A DNA stretch of 64,000 nt from Prasinococcaceae sp. CCMP 1430 (GCA_013416795.1 RQSC01000016.1:170560-234559), one strand, 5' to 3'. Shown: positions 1 to 11,992, counted from the stretch's first letter. Notes: generated by a model from the sequence alone, not told the origin. Translations and numbers: made by a program.

Positions 1-910
1 GGCTCGTCGAGCAGCTCCCTGACGAAGCCAAACCAGTACACCACCATGCCCGGCCCGAAACGGTTGACGTACGCCTGGAACTGCTCGGCGCACTGCACGC
101 TGTGCATGTGGTCGTCGCCGAAGGACGCCTGCGCTCGCGCGCGCGCGCGTCAGCAATGCTCAAGGATCGAAAGAGCTCGCGCGGGGCGTCCACGCGCGCG
201 CGCGCGCGCGCACGAGCACACACGCCACGCACGCACGCACGCACCTTGGAGTCGATCCAGTGCACGACGCGCCCGTCGACGAGCAGCGGCACGTCGAGGT
301 GCGCGTCCGGCGTGCGCGCGCATCCACGCGCGCGCAGCTCCTCCTCGGTGGAGAAGGGCACGTGCGCGGCGCGCAGGGCGGCATACAGCGCCTGCTCGTG
401 CGCGTGCCCCGCCAGCCGCCGCAGGCGGTCGCACGCCGGCGCAGACACGCCGTCGGTGCGCACGCAGCGCCGCGCGTCGGCGAAGAGCTGCGATCGTGCG
501 CGCGAGAGAGAGCGCGTGTGGGCGCGCGGGCGCGCGGGCGCGGGCGGGCGGGCGCGCGCATGCGTGCGTGAGCAAGAGCGCGCCTCCTGAGCGCGAGCGT
601 GCGCGCGCGTGCGAGTGCGCCCGAGAGCGGGAGCGCACGCGCGAGCGAGCGGCTCCTCACCCGAGCGACGAGCTCCCCAGCGGCTGTCGCGCCGAAGCGC
701 TCCACCAGCGTGGGCGTGAGCAGCAGCTCGCGCACGAGGACCTCCTCGTTCCCATCGCCCTCGCCCTCGTCCGCCGCTGCTGCGGCCAGTCGTAGCAGCT
801 GCGCGGCCGCACCGCCGCGCACGCCCGCGAGCTCGTCGAGCAGCGCGCGGAGCGCTGCGCATGGCGGCGCGCCGGCGTCCGCGGCGAGCGCGACGAGCTC
901 GGCCGTTCCT
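1..910 (-). CDS. CDIN1: CDAN1-interacting nuclease 1 (C15orf41/TPD-domain) homolog; spliced, exons ~661-910, 245-487, 1-128; both ends incomplete
   Basis: Manual splicing at GT-AG sites gives ...GHAHEQALYAALRAAHVPFSTEEELRARGCARTPDAHLDVPLLVDGRVVHWIDSK|ASFGDDHMHSVQCAEQFQAYVNRFGPGMVVYWFGFVRELL. This matches the C15orf41 motifs TPD, HWI(E/D)SKASFGD and NRFGPGxVxYW. Confidence 0.88.
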
Positions 911-1374
911 TCAGGCAGGGCGTGCGGGGAGCCGGAGACCGCGTCAGCGCCCGACCAGGCGCACGAGCATGCGCGCGCGCTACGCGCCCGCTCGCGTGCG
1001 CGCGCCCACGCACCCTCTGTGTAGGCGCGCGCGAGCGCCGCCGCGGCCTCGGGCGAGCGGTGCGTGTGCCACGCGGTGCGCCGNNNNNNNNNNNNNNNNN
1101 NNNNNNNNNNNNNNNNNNNNNNNNNNNNNNNNNNNNNNNNNNNNNNNNNNNNNNNNNNNNNNNNNNNNNNNNNNNNNNNNNNNNNNNNNNNNNNNNNNNN
1201 NNNNNNNNNNNNNNNNNNNNNNNNNNNNNNNNNNNNNNNNNNNNNNNNNNNNNNNNNNNNNNNNNNNNNNNNNNNNNNNNNNNNNNNNNNNNNNNNNNNN
1301 NNNNNNNNNNNNNNNNNNNNNNNNNNNNNNNNNNNNNNNNNNNNNNNNNNNNNNNNNNNNNNNNNNNNNNNNNN

Positions 1375-1438
<64 letters not shown>

Positions 1439-1570
1439 ACACACACACACATTGCACACACACATGACCACACACACACATTGCACAAATACACACACAT
1501 TGCACCCACACACCCACACCCACCCACATCCACCCACCCACCCACACACACACACAAACGCACACACAAT
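1375..1570. repeat. (CTA)n microsatellite followed by a degenerate (CA)n tract, flanking an assembly gap
   Basis: About 21 CTA units at 1375-1437, then a CA/CCCA-rich run. Confidence 0.95.
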
Positions 1571-2153
1571 CACACAAACGTGCACACGCACGCACGTCGC
1601 TCCGTCGCGCGTGCGCTGCACCGCACACACACGCGCGCGCGCACACGCACGACCGCAACGCGCACGCGCTCGCAGCGGTGAGCGGCGTCGGCCGCATCGT
1701 GGCGCCGGAGCCCGGCAGCCTCTGACTGAGGGCCGCCTCTCTCTGCCCTCCGCCTTCGTGTCTCGGTGCCGAGGGTGAAAATCGATGCGGTGGTACTTCA
1801 GAAGTGTAAGAGCCAAGCGAAGCTTTGCGCGTGAAGTAAAGTGTCGTGCCGTGGGCTTCTAATGATGGGATGCCCCGTGTGCCGCGAAGATTGCGATGGG
1901 CGTTGTCGTTGTAGCGTTTCTCTCTACGAGCGTGCGCCAGGCGCTTCGTGGAAGCCACCGTTGTTGCCCTCCTTCTTCTGTGCGCGTGTGGGAATGCCTG
2001 CCTTGCGGTGGCCGTGCTCGTGCCGACCAACAGCACCCCGAAGCGCCTGTGTTCGACTGCGTATCTCTGTGCGCATGCGGACTCGGTGTCGGCGCCGACG
2101 TGCTGCGTTCGTTGCGTGCGTTGCGGTTGCAGTGCGTGCGCGCGGCGGCTTCG

Positions 2154-3279
2154 CTAGATGATTCGCATGATTCGCGCCCACGTCTGCTCGAGTTCAACCA
2201 GCTCGTCGCCCTCTGCTGTTCGCGCGCCGTCGCCGGCCCCGCGCTTGGCGGCGTCCCAGCTGGCAACGAGGACGTCCGCGGCGGCGTCGGCCGACGATGC
2301 GGCGGCCGCCGCCTCCGGGTCGGCGCCGAGGGCGTCGGCGCCCCCCGTCGGCGGCCCCGGCGCCGCGACGAGCGGGGTCTCCTCGGTTGCGATGCCCACC
2401 GACGACCTCCGCCTGCGCCTGCCGCGCGCCCAGTCGCAGTTGACCAGGTCGAACAGCCGCAGCATGGTGTTGCGGCACGGCACGGCCAGCAGCGGCAGCG
2501 ACATGGACAGCGTGACCACGAGCCCGGCGCGCCCCAGCGCCATGGCGCCGTCGTCCGCGGGGAAGTTGAGCAGCACGTTGCCGCAGGTGCGCTCGCGCCC
2601 CACGTAGAACCCCCCGAGGCCGACCAGCAGGTAGAGCGCGAGGACGATGCCCATCGTCCAGTGTATGACGGAGCGTATGCGGTCGGCGTCGTGGATCTCG
2701 TTGTGCACGGGCAGCACGTTGAAGTGGCACAGGAAGGCGGTGGCGAACACGGGGATCGCCAGGAGGACATCGCGCGCGCTCTCCGGGTACAGGCTGTCGC
2801 CCTCGCCGGGCCCCGCGCCGCACTGCTCCGGCGGGTCGCCCCAGCCGCCCGCGCACTGCGCGGCGCGCACGAGCACCGCGCCGGCCAGCAGGAGCGTCGA
2901 CGAGAACGAGATGAACGACGTGAAGCGCAGCGCGTGCAGCGAGTCCTGGAAGCAGAAGGGGCTCATCGCGGCGAGGGTGATCGCCATCGCGAGCGGCCGC
3001 GTCGCGGGGCCCAGCGCGTGGGAGTCGTTGAAGAGGTACTCGAGGAGGGGCACCTCCAGGTCGGCGATGAGCACGAGGTACGCCACGGTGGAGGGGAGGA
3101 GCAGCACGAACAGCAGGAGCACGGTGACCACCTCGCCGGCCTTGCCGTAGGTCTTCACGGCGAGGTCCTACGTATTTTTTGTTGTTGTTGTTGTTGTTGT
3201 GTGTACGGTGTCGTTGGGTCGGTGGTTGGGTTGGGTTGGTGGTTGGTTTTTGGTGGTGGCGGCGGTGGTGCGTGTGTGC

Positions 3280-3334
<55 letters not shown>

Positions 3335-3857
3335 TTGTGTTGTGTTGCGTGTGTGTGTTGTGTGCGTGCGCGTGCGCGGTGGTGGTCGCGAGGTGTGGTG
3401 CGTCAGCGACCGCTGCTGAGTCGAACGACGCAGCCGGGAGCTCGAACGGCGGCGGCGTAGCTGCTGCGCGGCTGCTGCGCGCCGCGCGCTCGAGCGGAGA
3501 TGGAGGATAGCCGCCGGAGAGAGCAAGGATAGCCGCCGGAGAGAGCGGTGGGCAGGGTCTCACCGCGCGCGGCGGCGGCGCCCGCGCCCCTCCGTTCTCG
3601 CGGACGCGTTTCGCCCGCGCGTCTCTCTCTCTCTCGCGCGCGCGCTCGCGGCGCGCGCGCACCTCGTACGACAGCCCGTGCATCCTCCGCGCGGCGGTGA
3701 TGAGCAGCTGCAGCGACGCGTCCGTCACGACCGCCACCGCCGCGAGCGCGAGCGGCCCCGCCACGAAGCCGAGCTGGCCGATGGCGTACGGCAGGCTGAG
3801 CACGCCGCCCCCGCAAATCGTCGCCGCCAAGTTGAAGATCGCGCTGTGCGAACGCAT
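2154..3857 (-). CDS. Amino acid transporter, AAAP/SLC38 (AVT6-like); exons 3663-3857 and 2154-3167
   Basis: SAIFNLAATICGGGVLSLPYAI...LSYE|DLAVKTYGKAG, FLCHFNVLPVHNEI and multiple TM helices. The GT..AG intron 3168-3662 keeps the frame. Confidence 0.9.
3281..3331. repeat. (AC)n microsatellite inside the transporter intron
   Basis: About 25 perfect AC units, flanked by TG/GTT-rich sequence. Confidence 0.95.
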
Positions 3858-4163
3858 GGCGGATCCGACCGACTTTCCGGAACGCACGCCCAAATTGCGC
3901 GCGCTTCCGCGGCAGGTGGGGGGGTACGAGGCCGGCCAGGAGGTGCGAGCGCGGCCCCTACTTGCCCTGCCTCTCCCTCCCTCCCTCCCTCCCTCCCCGC
4001 CTCGAGGCGGCGCTCGGGGACCGCCCCTCCTCCCCGCGCGCGCGGGCGCCCGCGCGCGCGGGCGCGCGCGCGCGGTGTGTGTGCGCACGCGCGCGCGCAA
4101 GCGAGCGCGCACGCGCGTGCCACACGTCGCGAGCGCGTAGACGGAGGTGTGTGGGGGAGAGAG

Positions 4164-5610
4164 ATGCTGCGCCGCGCGGCGGCGCTGGCGGCGCGCGGGG
4201 TGTTGCACCCGCGCGACCGTGCGCTGTGGTCGTCCTCCTCCGCCGCCTCCGCCGCGGACTTCCCGGGCCTCCCCGCGGGGCCGCCCGCCGGCTTCACGAG
4301 CGAGCNNNNNNNNNNNNNNNNNNNNNNNNNNNNNNNNNNNNNNNNNNNNNNNNNNNNNNNNNNNNNNNNNNNNNNNNNNNNNNNNNNNNNNNNNNNNNNN
4401 NNNNNNNNNNNNNNNNNNNNNNNNNNNNNNNNNNNNNNNNNNNNNNNNNNNNNNNNNNNNNNNNNNNNNNNNNNNNNNNNNNNNNNNNNNNNNNNNNNNN
4501 NNNNNNNNNNNNNNNNNNNNNNNNNNNNNNNNNNNNNNNNNNNNNNNNNNNNNNNNNNNNNNNNNNNNNNNNNNNNNNNNNNNNNNNNNNNNNNNNNNNN
4601 NNNNNNNNNNNNNNNNNNNNNNNNNNNNNNNNNNNNNNNNNNNNNNNNNNNNNNNNNNNNNNNNNNNNNNNNNNNNNNNNNNNNNNNNNNNNNNNNNNNN
4701 NNNNNNNNNNNNNNNNNNNNNNNNNNNNNNNNNNNNNNNNNNNNNCGGCGACGCGAGCGCTGCGGGCGGCGGCGAGGCGGAGCGCTCCGCCCCCGCGTCC
4801 GAGTGGCTGCGCCGCGCCGACCTGGCCTCCGAGTTCCTGGCGGGCACCGTGGGCATGGTGCAGGCGGGCCTGCAGGCGGCGGTGCCCGTGGCGGCCGCCG
4901 CGCTCGACTCGGCCGGCGCGTACGCCAAGGGGAAGCTCACGCCGGCCGCGGAGCCGGTGGAGCTCTCCGAGGCCACCAAGCAGCGCATCGCCAAGGCCAA
5001 GCGCACCGCCGAGCTCACCGCGACCGTGAGCGGCGTCGCGGTGGAGGGCGCCACCAGCGCGGCCGTGCGGGCCGCCGACGCGCTCGCCGAGCGCCTCAAG
5101 GCCACCGAGCTCGCCGGCAGGCTCATGCGCTCCGGCAAGGGCTCCGACAAGACCGAGGCGGCCGCCAAGGTGGCCAGCGCGGGCTTCTCGGCGCTCACGG
5201 CGATCGCCGAGGCGGCCTACGGCGCGGGAAAGGTGCGGAGAGGGAGCGCTTGTTGTTGAGTATGCAGGTGGGGTCGGTGGTCGGGTGGTGTCTGTGCGCG
5301 TGCCGTCGAGCGTGCGCGCGTGCTGGTGTGAAGAGTTCGGGCGGCGGGCGGGGAGCCTTTGTGGAGCGAGGGGAGGTCGCTGACGACGCGTTGCTCCCGC
5401 CGTGCCCCTCTCGCAGGCGCTGGCGAAGAAGTCTGCCTCGGTGACGGCGGACGTGGTGACGCACAAGTACGGCGAGGACGCGGGCCGCGCCGCCGCCGAC
5501 GGCGCCGAGGTCCTCGGCGACGGCATCGAGGCCGCCGCGGCGCTGCGCAAGGCGGGGCCCAAGTCGCTCGCGAAGCGCGCCGCCAAGACGAGCATGGGCA
5601 AGCAGCTGGG
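4164..5610 (+). CDS. Senescence/spartin-domain protein (ERD7/SPG20-like); exons ~4746-5231 and 5418-~5610; interrupted by gaps
   Basis: EPVELSEATKQRIAKAK...GFSALTAIAEAAYGAGK|ALAKKSASVTADVVTHKYGEDAG resembles the C-terminal Senescence domain. The ATG at 4164 is tentative. Confidence 0.7.
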
Positions 5611-6496
5611 GGGGGCGAGCGGGGGGGGAAGGGTGGGCGCGCGAGAGGGAGGGACAGAGTGGGAGCGAGAGCGGCCCAGCGCGCGCTGGTGTGCGGAGCG
5701 CGGGCGCACGCGCCTCGCCCCGAGCGCTCGCGCGAGCGAGCGNNNNNNNNNNNNNNNNNNNNNNNNNNNNNNNNNNNNNNNNNNNNNNNNNNNNNNNNNN
5801 NNNNNNNNNNNNNNNNNNNNNNNNNNNNNNNNNNNNNNNNNNNNNNNNNNNNNNNNNNNNNNNNNNNNNNNNNNNNNNNNNNNNNNNNNNNNNNNNNNNN
5901 NNNNNNNNNNNNNNNNNNNNNNNNNNNNNNNNNNNNNNNNNNNNNNNNNNNNNNNNNNNNNNNNNNNNNNNNNNNNNNNNNNNNNNNNNNNNNNNNNNNN
6001 NNNNNNNNNNNNNNNNNNNNNNNNNNNNNNNNNNNNNNNNNNNNNNNNNNNNNNNNNNNNNNNNNNNNNNNNNNNNNNNNNNNNNNNNNNNNNNNNNNNN
6101 NNNNNNNNNNNNNNNNNNNNNNNNNNNNNNNNNNNNNNNNNNNNNNNNNNNNNNNNNNNNNNNNNNNNNNNNNNNNNNNNNNNNNNNNNNNNNNNNNNNN
6201 NNNNNNNNNNNNNNNNNNNNNNNNNNNNNNNNNNNNNNNNNNNNNNNNNNNNNNNNNNNNNNNNNNNNNNNNNNNNNNNNNNNNNNNNNNNNNNNNNNNN
6301 NNNNNNNNNNNNNNNNNNNNNNNNNNNNNNNNNNNNNNNNNNNNNNNNNNNNNNNNNNNNNNNNNNNNNNNNNNNNNNNNNNNNNNNNNNNNNNNNNNNN
6401 NNNNNNNNNNNNNNNNNNNNNNNNNNNNNNNNNNNNNNNNNNNNNNNNNNNNNNNNNNNNNNNNNNNNNNNNNNNNNNNNNNNNNNNNNNNNNNNN

Positions 6497-6890
6497 ACGG
6501 CCGCGGCGCGAGCGGCGACGTGCGCGAGCGGGGGGGCTTCATCGGCGGCGGCGGCGGCGGCGGCGCGTGCGCGCGGGCGCTGCGCTGCATCGTGTGCGCA
6601 GCGGCAACTGTGTTCGTGCTGGCCGCCGCGGGCATTGCGCTCAGGCACTACAGCGACAGGTAGCGACGCGGCCCGGCAGGTGCGCGCGCTCCCCTGCGGG
6701 CGCCCGCGCGCCCGCCCGCCCGCTCGCTCTGACACCTGCGCGCGCACAGGGGCGCGCGGCGCGCTGCTCCCGCCGCCGCCGCGAGCGCGCGCGCGCATGC
6801 ATGCATGCGTGCATGCATGCGCGCGCTCGTGGCTCGCCGCGCGTGTACAGTCGATCTGGATCGCTCATCCAACCATATATCGCAACTTAG
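6497..6890 (+). CDS. 3' end of a gene encoding a C-terminal single-TM segment; exons <6497-6659 and 6851-6890
   Basis: ...ALRCIVCAAATVFVLAAAGIALRHYSD|SRSGSLIQPYIAT*. Donor AG|GTAG and acceptor TACAG keep the frame. No family recognised. Confidence 0.35.
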
Positions 6891-7027
6891 CCCCACCCGC
6901 CCACCCACTCGCGCACGCACGGCGCGCCCGGCCGCGTGCTGCTCCGCCGCGCGCTCCACGACGCTCCCCCTCCATCCGCCGCTGGAGCCAACACGGCTGG
7001 CCGCGCGCTCGAGGATACCTGCTCGGC

Positions 7028-8252
7028 CTAGGAGGCATCGCCGGTCGCCAGGAGCTTGGCGAACTGCTCGGTGCTGATCACCCGAATGCCCTCCGCCGCC
7101 GCCTGCGCCCTCTCCTCGGGCGTGTTGTAGCCCCAGTCCACCAGGTACAGGTTCCAGTCGGCCAGCCGCCCGTCCTGCACGACCTTGCGCAGCGTCGCGA
7201 GGCGGTCCTCCACGAAGTGCAGCGTGCTGCCCGCGTGCTCCTCTGCGCGCGCGCGGGGGGGAAGGGGGGGCGAGAAAAACAGTCGTCGAAGGGGACACAA
7301 GAGGGGGGCGGGCCACACACCGCACACGTCAGCGCGACGCAGACTCCTGCATGGACTCCCGCGCGCTCCAGGACGCCCCGCTCGCCGCCCCGCTCCAATC
7401 ACGAGCCAAAACAGCAACAAGCGCAGCGCCACACACCCAAGCGCGGCCGTCGACGGACCCCAACACGCGAGCGCACGCACCCTTGCCCTGAATGAGCGCG
7501 AGCGTGTCCGCCTTGGGGCCCGAGCCCAGGCCGTACATGCGGTCGCAGTCGGCGGGCACGTCGACGTCGCCCAGCCGATCGAGCAGCGCGCTCGCGAAGC
7601 GCGCGTTCTTGGTGGTCACGACGTAGTAGTCGAAGGGCGTCGCCCGCATGGCCTCGGCGGTGCCGTCGTACATCTGGTTGGGCGCCAGCCAGCCGTCGAA
7701 GTCGCTGGCGATCCAGTCGTCGCGCACGCGCGCGAAGAAGTCGGCGAGGAAGGGCTTCTCCAGGCCCAGCGCGTCCACGTACCGCTCGCACATGTCGGCC
7801 CACCCGCCGCCGAGGATCCGGGCCACCATCTCGCCCCCGGGATTGCCCGCGAGCGCGTCCTCCAGGAGCAGCCGCGCGAGCACCAGGTTCTCGTAGCCGG
7901 TCTCCACGACCGGACGGGTGAGCTTGAGCTCGGCGACCACGCGGTCCCTGTGCGCCGCGGCCTCGTCCGTGCCGAACAGCTCGGGCCAGAGCTCCACGCC
8001 GCCGCGCCAGCCACTGAGCGACGACTCGGGCTCGGTGTCGCACACGACGCCGTCGAAGTCGAGCGCGAACGTGTGCGCGGGGTCGACGGCGCGCGCCGCG
8101 CCCGCGCCCGCGCCCGCGGCCGAAACACGCGCTTCCGAAACCGTAAAAAAAAAACGGACGCCGCGCGCGGAAACGGCGCGCGAACTCGCCCGCGAGGGCA
8201 GGGAGAGACCCGACGCGACAGGCGCCGCCGCTCCCTTTTTTTTTTTTTTTTT
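7028..8252 (-). CDS. HAD-superfamily hydrolase (plant/cyanobacterial At2g45990-like); exons 7481-~8250 and 7028-7242; start uncertain
   Basis: HAD motif I ALDFDGVVCD, RPVVETGYENL, VVTTKNARF, GPKADTL and HFVEDRLATL. Confidence 0.85.
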
Positions 8253-8648
8253 NNNNNNNNNNNNNNNNNNNNNNNNNNNNNNNNNNNNNNNNNNNNNNNN
8301 NNNNNNNNNNNNNNNNNNNNNNNNNNNNNNNNNNNNNNNNNNNNNNNNNNNNNNNNNNNNNNNNNNNNNNNNNNNNNNNNNNNNNNNNNNNNNNNNNNNN
8401 NNNNNNNNNNNNNNNNNNNNNNNNNNNNNNNNNNNNNNNNNNNNNNNNNNNNNNNNNNNNNNNNNNNNNNNNNNNNNNNNNNNNNNNNNNNNNNNNNNNN
8501 NNNNNNNNNNNNNNNNNNNNNNNNNNNNNNNNNNNNNNNNNNNNNNNNNNNNNNNNNNNNNNNNNNNNNNNNNNNNNNNNNNNNNNNNNNNNNNNNNNNN
8601 NNNNNNNNNNNNNNNNNNNNNNNNNNNNNNNNNNNNNNNNNNNNNNNN

Positions 8649-9736
8649 GCGACGAGCGGCGCCTGCTCGAGCGCGCGCGCGACCATGTAGCCTGGCGGAG
8701 CGGGCGGCGGCGCGCGGTGCGCTCGGCGGGGTCAGCGGCAATTGGCGAGGTGGAGGGGAAGGGGCGGACGACGGAGAGCGGGCGGGCGCGGCGCGGCCGC
8801 GCGTGCGCGCGCGCGCGAGAGAGAGAGAGAGCGCGCGCTCCGCATCACGACGACAAAGGGACTCACCGGTCGACGGGTGGACGGTGCCCGCCGCGCCGCC
8901 GAAGGGGACCACGCGCTGGCCGAGCGCCGGGATGGCCGACCCCATGGGGATCATGGCGCGCTCGTCCTCGAGCACGGCGACCACCCGCACGCCCAGCCCG
9001 GCCAGCCGCGCCTCGAGGCGGCGCTCGAGCTCGGCGCTGCTCACCGGCGGCTTGGCCACCAGCGAGGTCTCCTCCACGAAGATGCGCGTGGGCGAGAACG
9101 GCATGGCGTACAGGAAGGACGGCTCCTCCTCGTTGCGCGCGCGCCCCGCCGCGTCGAGGTGGCCGTCGCTCCAGTCCATGAGCAGCGCCTGGTGCATCGG
9201 CCACGGGCACGTGCCCGCCTCGATCTCGAGGAAGGCGCCGTACGTCACCTGGTAGCCCGGCTCGTGCACCTCGCCGGGCTCGTACTCCACCAGCGCGCGC
9301 GCGAAGCCCGTGCAGTCGAACACCGCCGCGGCGGCCACCTCGCCGCGCTCGCCGCGCCCGCGCACGGCCACGCGCGCCTCCTCCCCCGGCCCGCCCGCCG
9401 CCGCGGCCGCCCACTCGACGCCCTCGACGGCGCCCTCGACGAGGGTCACGAGGCCCGTCTCGGCGCACTGCGCGATCAGGCGCTCCTTGAGCTTGACGCG
9501 GTCGACCTGCCCGTACGCGCGCGGCAGCACCGCCTCCTCGCCCTCCTCGGCGACCCACAGCGTCTCCGGCCACTCGCGCGCGAGGCAGTCGGCGTACTCG
9601 GTGCCGCGCACCTCGTCGGCCCACACGCCGTAGTTGTTGGGCCACGGCGCGGAGAGCCCCGGGTCGGCGACCACCACCGAGGCGCCGCGCCGCGCCAGCT
9701 GCGCCGCGAGCGCGAGCCCGGCGGGCCCCGCGCCCG
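8649..9736 (-). CDS. LCYB: Lycopene cyclase, most similar to beta-cyclase; partial, both ends in gaps; exons 8865-9736 and ~8649-8692
   Basis: FAD motif GAGPAGL, WPNNYGVWADE, FLYAMPFSPTRIFVEETSLVAKP and GGAAGTVHPSTG|YMVARAL. The beta assignment rests on the ETSLVAxP-type motif. Confidence 0.85.
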
Positions 9737-10368
9737 NNNNNNNNNNNNNNNNNNNNNNNNNNNNNNNNNNNNNNNNNNNNNNNNNNNNNNNNNNNNNNNN
9801 NNNNNNNNNNNNNNNNNNNNNNNNNNNNNNNNNNNNNNNNNNNNNNNNNNNNNNNNNNNNNNNNNNNNNNNNNNNNNNNNNNNNNNNNNNNNNNNNNNNN
9901 NNNNNNNNNNNNNNNNNNNNNNNNNNNNNNNNNNNNNNNNNNNNNNNNNNNNNNNNNNNNNNNNNNNNNNNNNNNNNNNNNNNNNNNNNNNNNNNNNNNN
10001 NNNNNNNNNNNNNNNNNNNNNNNNNNNNNNNNNNNNNNNNNNNNNNNNNNNNNNNNNNNNNNNNNNNNNNNNNNNNNNNNNNNNNNNNNNNNNNNNNNNN
10101 NNNNNNNNNNNNNNNNNNNNNNNNNNNNNNNNNNNNNNNNNNNNNNNNNNNNNNNNNNNNNNNNNNNNNNNNNNNNNNNNNNNNNNNNNNNNNNNNNNNN
10201 NNNNNNNNNNNNNNNNNNNNNNNNNNNNNNNNNNNNNNNNNNNNNNNNNNNNNNNNNNNNNNNNNNNNNNNNNNNNNNNNNNNNNNNNNNNNNNNNNNNN
10301 NNNNNNNNNNNNNNNNNNNNNNNNNNNNNNNNNNNNNNNNNNNNNNNNNNNNNNNNNNNNNNNNNNNN

Positions 10369-11071
10369 CGGCGCGGCGGCGGCCGTGGCCGCGGCCGCGA
10401 TCGCCCTCGCGCCGGTGCCGCCCGCGCTCGCAGGAGGCGAGGCTGACGCCGGCGCGCTCTTCGAGGCCAAGTGCATCGCGTGCCACGTGGGAGGCGGGAA
10501 CGTCGTCGCGCGCAACAAGGTGCGGAAGGCCGGCGCTCTCGCAGCGGCCCGCCCGCCTGGACACCCATGCGCGGCGCGCGCCCCTGCGCGCAGACGCGCG
10601 CTCACTCGCGCATGCACGAGCGCGCGCACTCTGCGCTCGCACTTGCCGGTGCCTTGCCACGCGCTCGCACGCGTGTGCACGTGGGCGCACGCTCTCGCGC
10701 ACATCGCCACAGACGCTGTCCTCCGCCGATCTGTCCTCGCACGGCTACGCAGACGCCGCGGCTGTCGGCACGATCATCGAGGGCGGCGCCGGAAAGGTGC
10801 GTGCATGCCTGCCAACCACGCGCGCAAAGTTGACGCGCTCGCACCGATGCACGCGCGTGCCCACGCCCGCGCGCGCGGGCGGCATCCGAGCTCACACGCG
10901 CCCGCGAGCGCGCGCGCGCAGATGCCGGGCTTCGGCGAGAGCTGCGAGCCGCGCGGCGCGTGCACCTTCGGCGCTCGGCTGAGCCCCGAGGAGGTGCAGG
11001 CGCTCGCTGAGTACGTGGTGGCGCAGGCCGACGCCGGCTGGCCTGATGGCGGCGCCGCAGCGAGCAGCTGA
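10369..11071 (+). CDS. Cytochrome c6A (thylakoid lumen); exons <10369-10519, 10713-10796, 10922-11071
   Basis: Heme motif CIACH, axial Met in GKMPGF, and the two-Cys loop insertion ESCEPRGACTFG that is diagnostic of c6A. Confidence 0.92.
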
Positions 11072-11356
11072 CGTGCGTGCGGCGAGCGCGCGCGCCAACG
11101 CGCGCGCGTGCGTGCGTGTTTCTCGCATGTACTGTCTTGTGTATGAATACCATTCCATTCGCACGGCACCATCTCATCCGCGCGCCCGGACGCCCTCACT
11201 GCACACGCACGCCCTTGCGACCACGCTCGCCCGCACGCAAGCACGCGCCCGTGTGCATGCACCCGATGCACGCGCGCGTGTGGGAGAGAACGGTTGCGCA
11301 GGCCGAAAAAATTGTGCCCCTCCATTACGGGCCCTATGGTACAGAGCACCCGGCGC

Positions 11357-11991
11357 TCAACGCCGTCCCGCGGGCTCCGCAGAGACTGTGCGGTCGTAGC
11401 TGTGCAGGCGTGATGCGAACATTTGCGCGTTTGCGCGTCCATCCGCCCGTGTGGGAGTGTGCGTGGGGCGGGGGGGTGCCGTGTACGTTTGCGTGCACGT
11501 GTGTGTGTGGATGCGCACGCACGAACGCGCGATCATGTGTGTGCGCGTCAGTGCGGGGTCACAGCGTGCGCTTCTGAGGCGCATGTGGCGCTGCGCGCAC
11601 GCGCGTGCGTGCGCGTTTGGGACCGCGCGAATCGCTCACCCCTCGATGCACGCCGCAGCGAAGAGCACGCCGAGCGTGAGGCCCTGTGCGTACACGCGCG
11701 TGTGTATGAGCTTGAGCGAGATCGGCAGCGCTGGCTACACGCGGCGTATTTTTGTGCGCGTGCGGAGCGTCCGAGTGTCAGTACGCCCTCGCATGTGCGC
11801 GCACTCTCACCGACGAGCGAGGGGGCCGCATTGCGCTTACACGCACGAGAGCGCGAGCGCGCGCTCTTGCTCGCACGCCCGACGCGCCCACCCACCCACC
11901 GCGCTCACGCATGCGCGCGTGCGCGCGCGCGCGCGCGCGCTCCGGGAGCGCCACCGCCGCGCCGCGCCGCACCTTCATGGCGAAGTTATAC
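11357..11991 (-). CDS. HIG1/HIGD-domain small membrane protein; exons <11991-11973, 11734-11640, 11399-11357; 5' end lost at N11992
   Basis: Spliced translation YNFAMK|PALPISLKLIHTRVYAQGLTLGVLFAAACIEG|YDRTVSAEPAGRR* resembles the plant HIG1 motif YNWSKP..SVKIIHARLHAQALTL. Confidence 0.8.
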
Positions 11992-11992
11992 N

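Noticed and set aside
1375-1437. (CTA)n as a telomere or CRISPR-like array
   Set aside because: A simple trinucleotide microsatellite with no spacers, and not a TTAGGG-type repeat.
8649-9736. Ostreococcus-type LCYB-LCYE-LHC fusion gene
   Set aside because: Only one cyclase unit is visible and the downstream gap is too short for a second cyclase plus an LHC domain.
7329-10568. 1079-aa ORF suggesting a lycopene cyclase-HAD hydrolase fusion
   Set aside because: The frame is continuous only through N-gaps and unspliced introns. The 396-N gap is about the size needed for the cyclase C-terminus.
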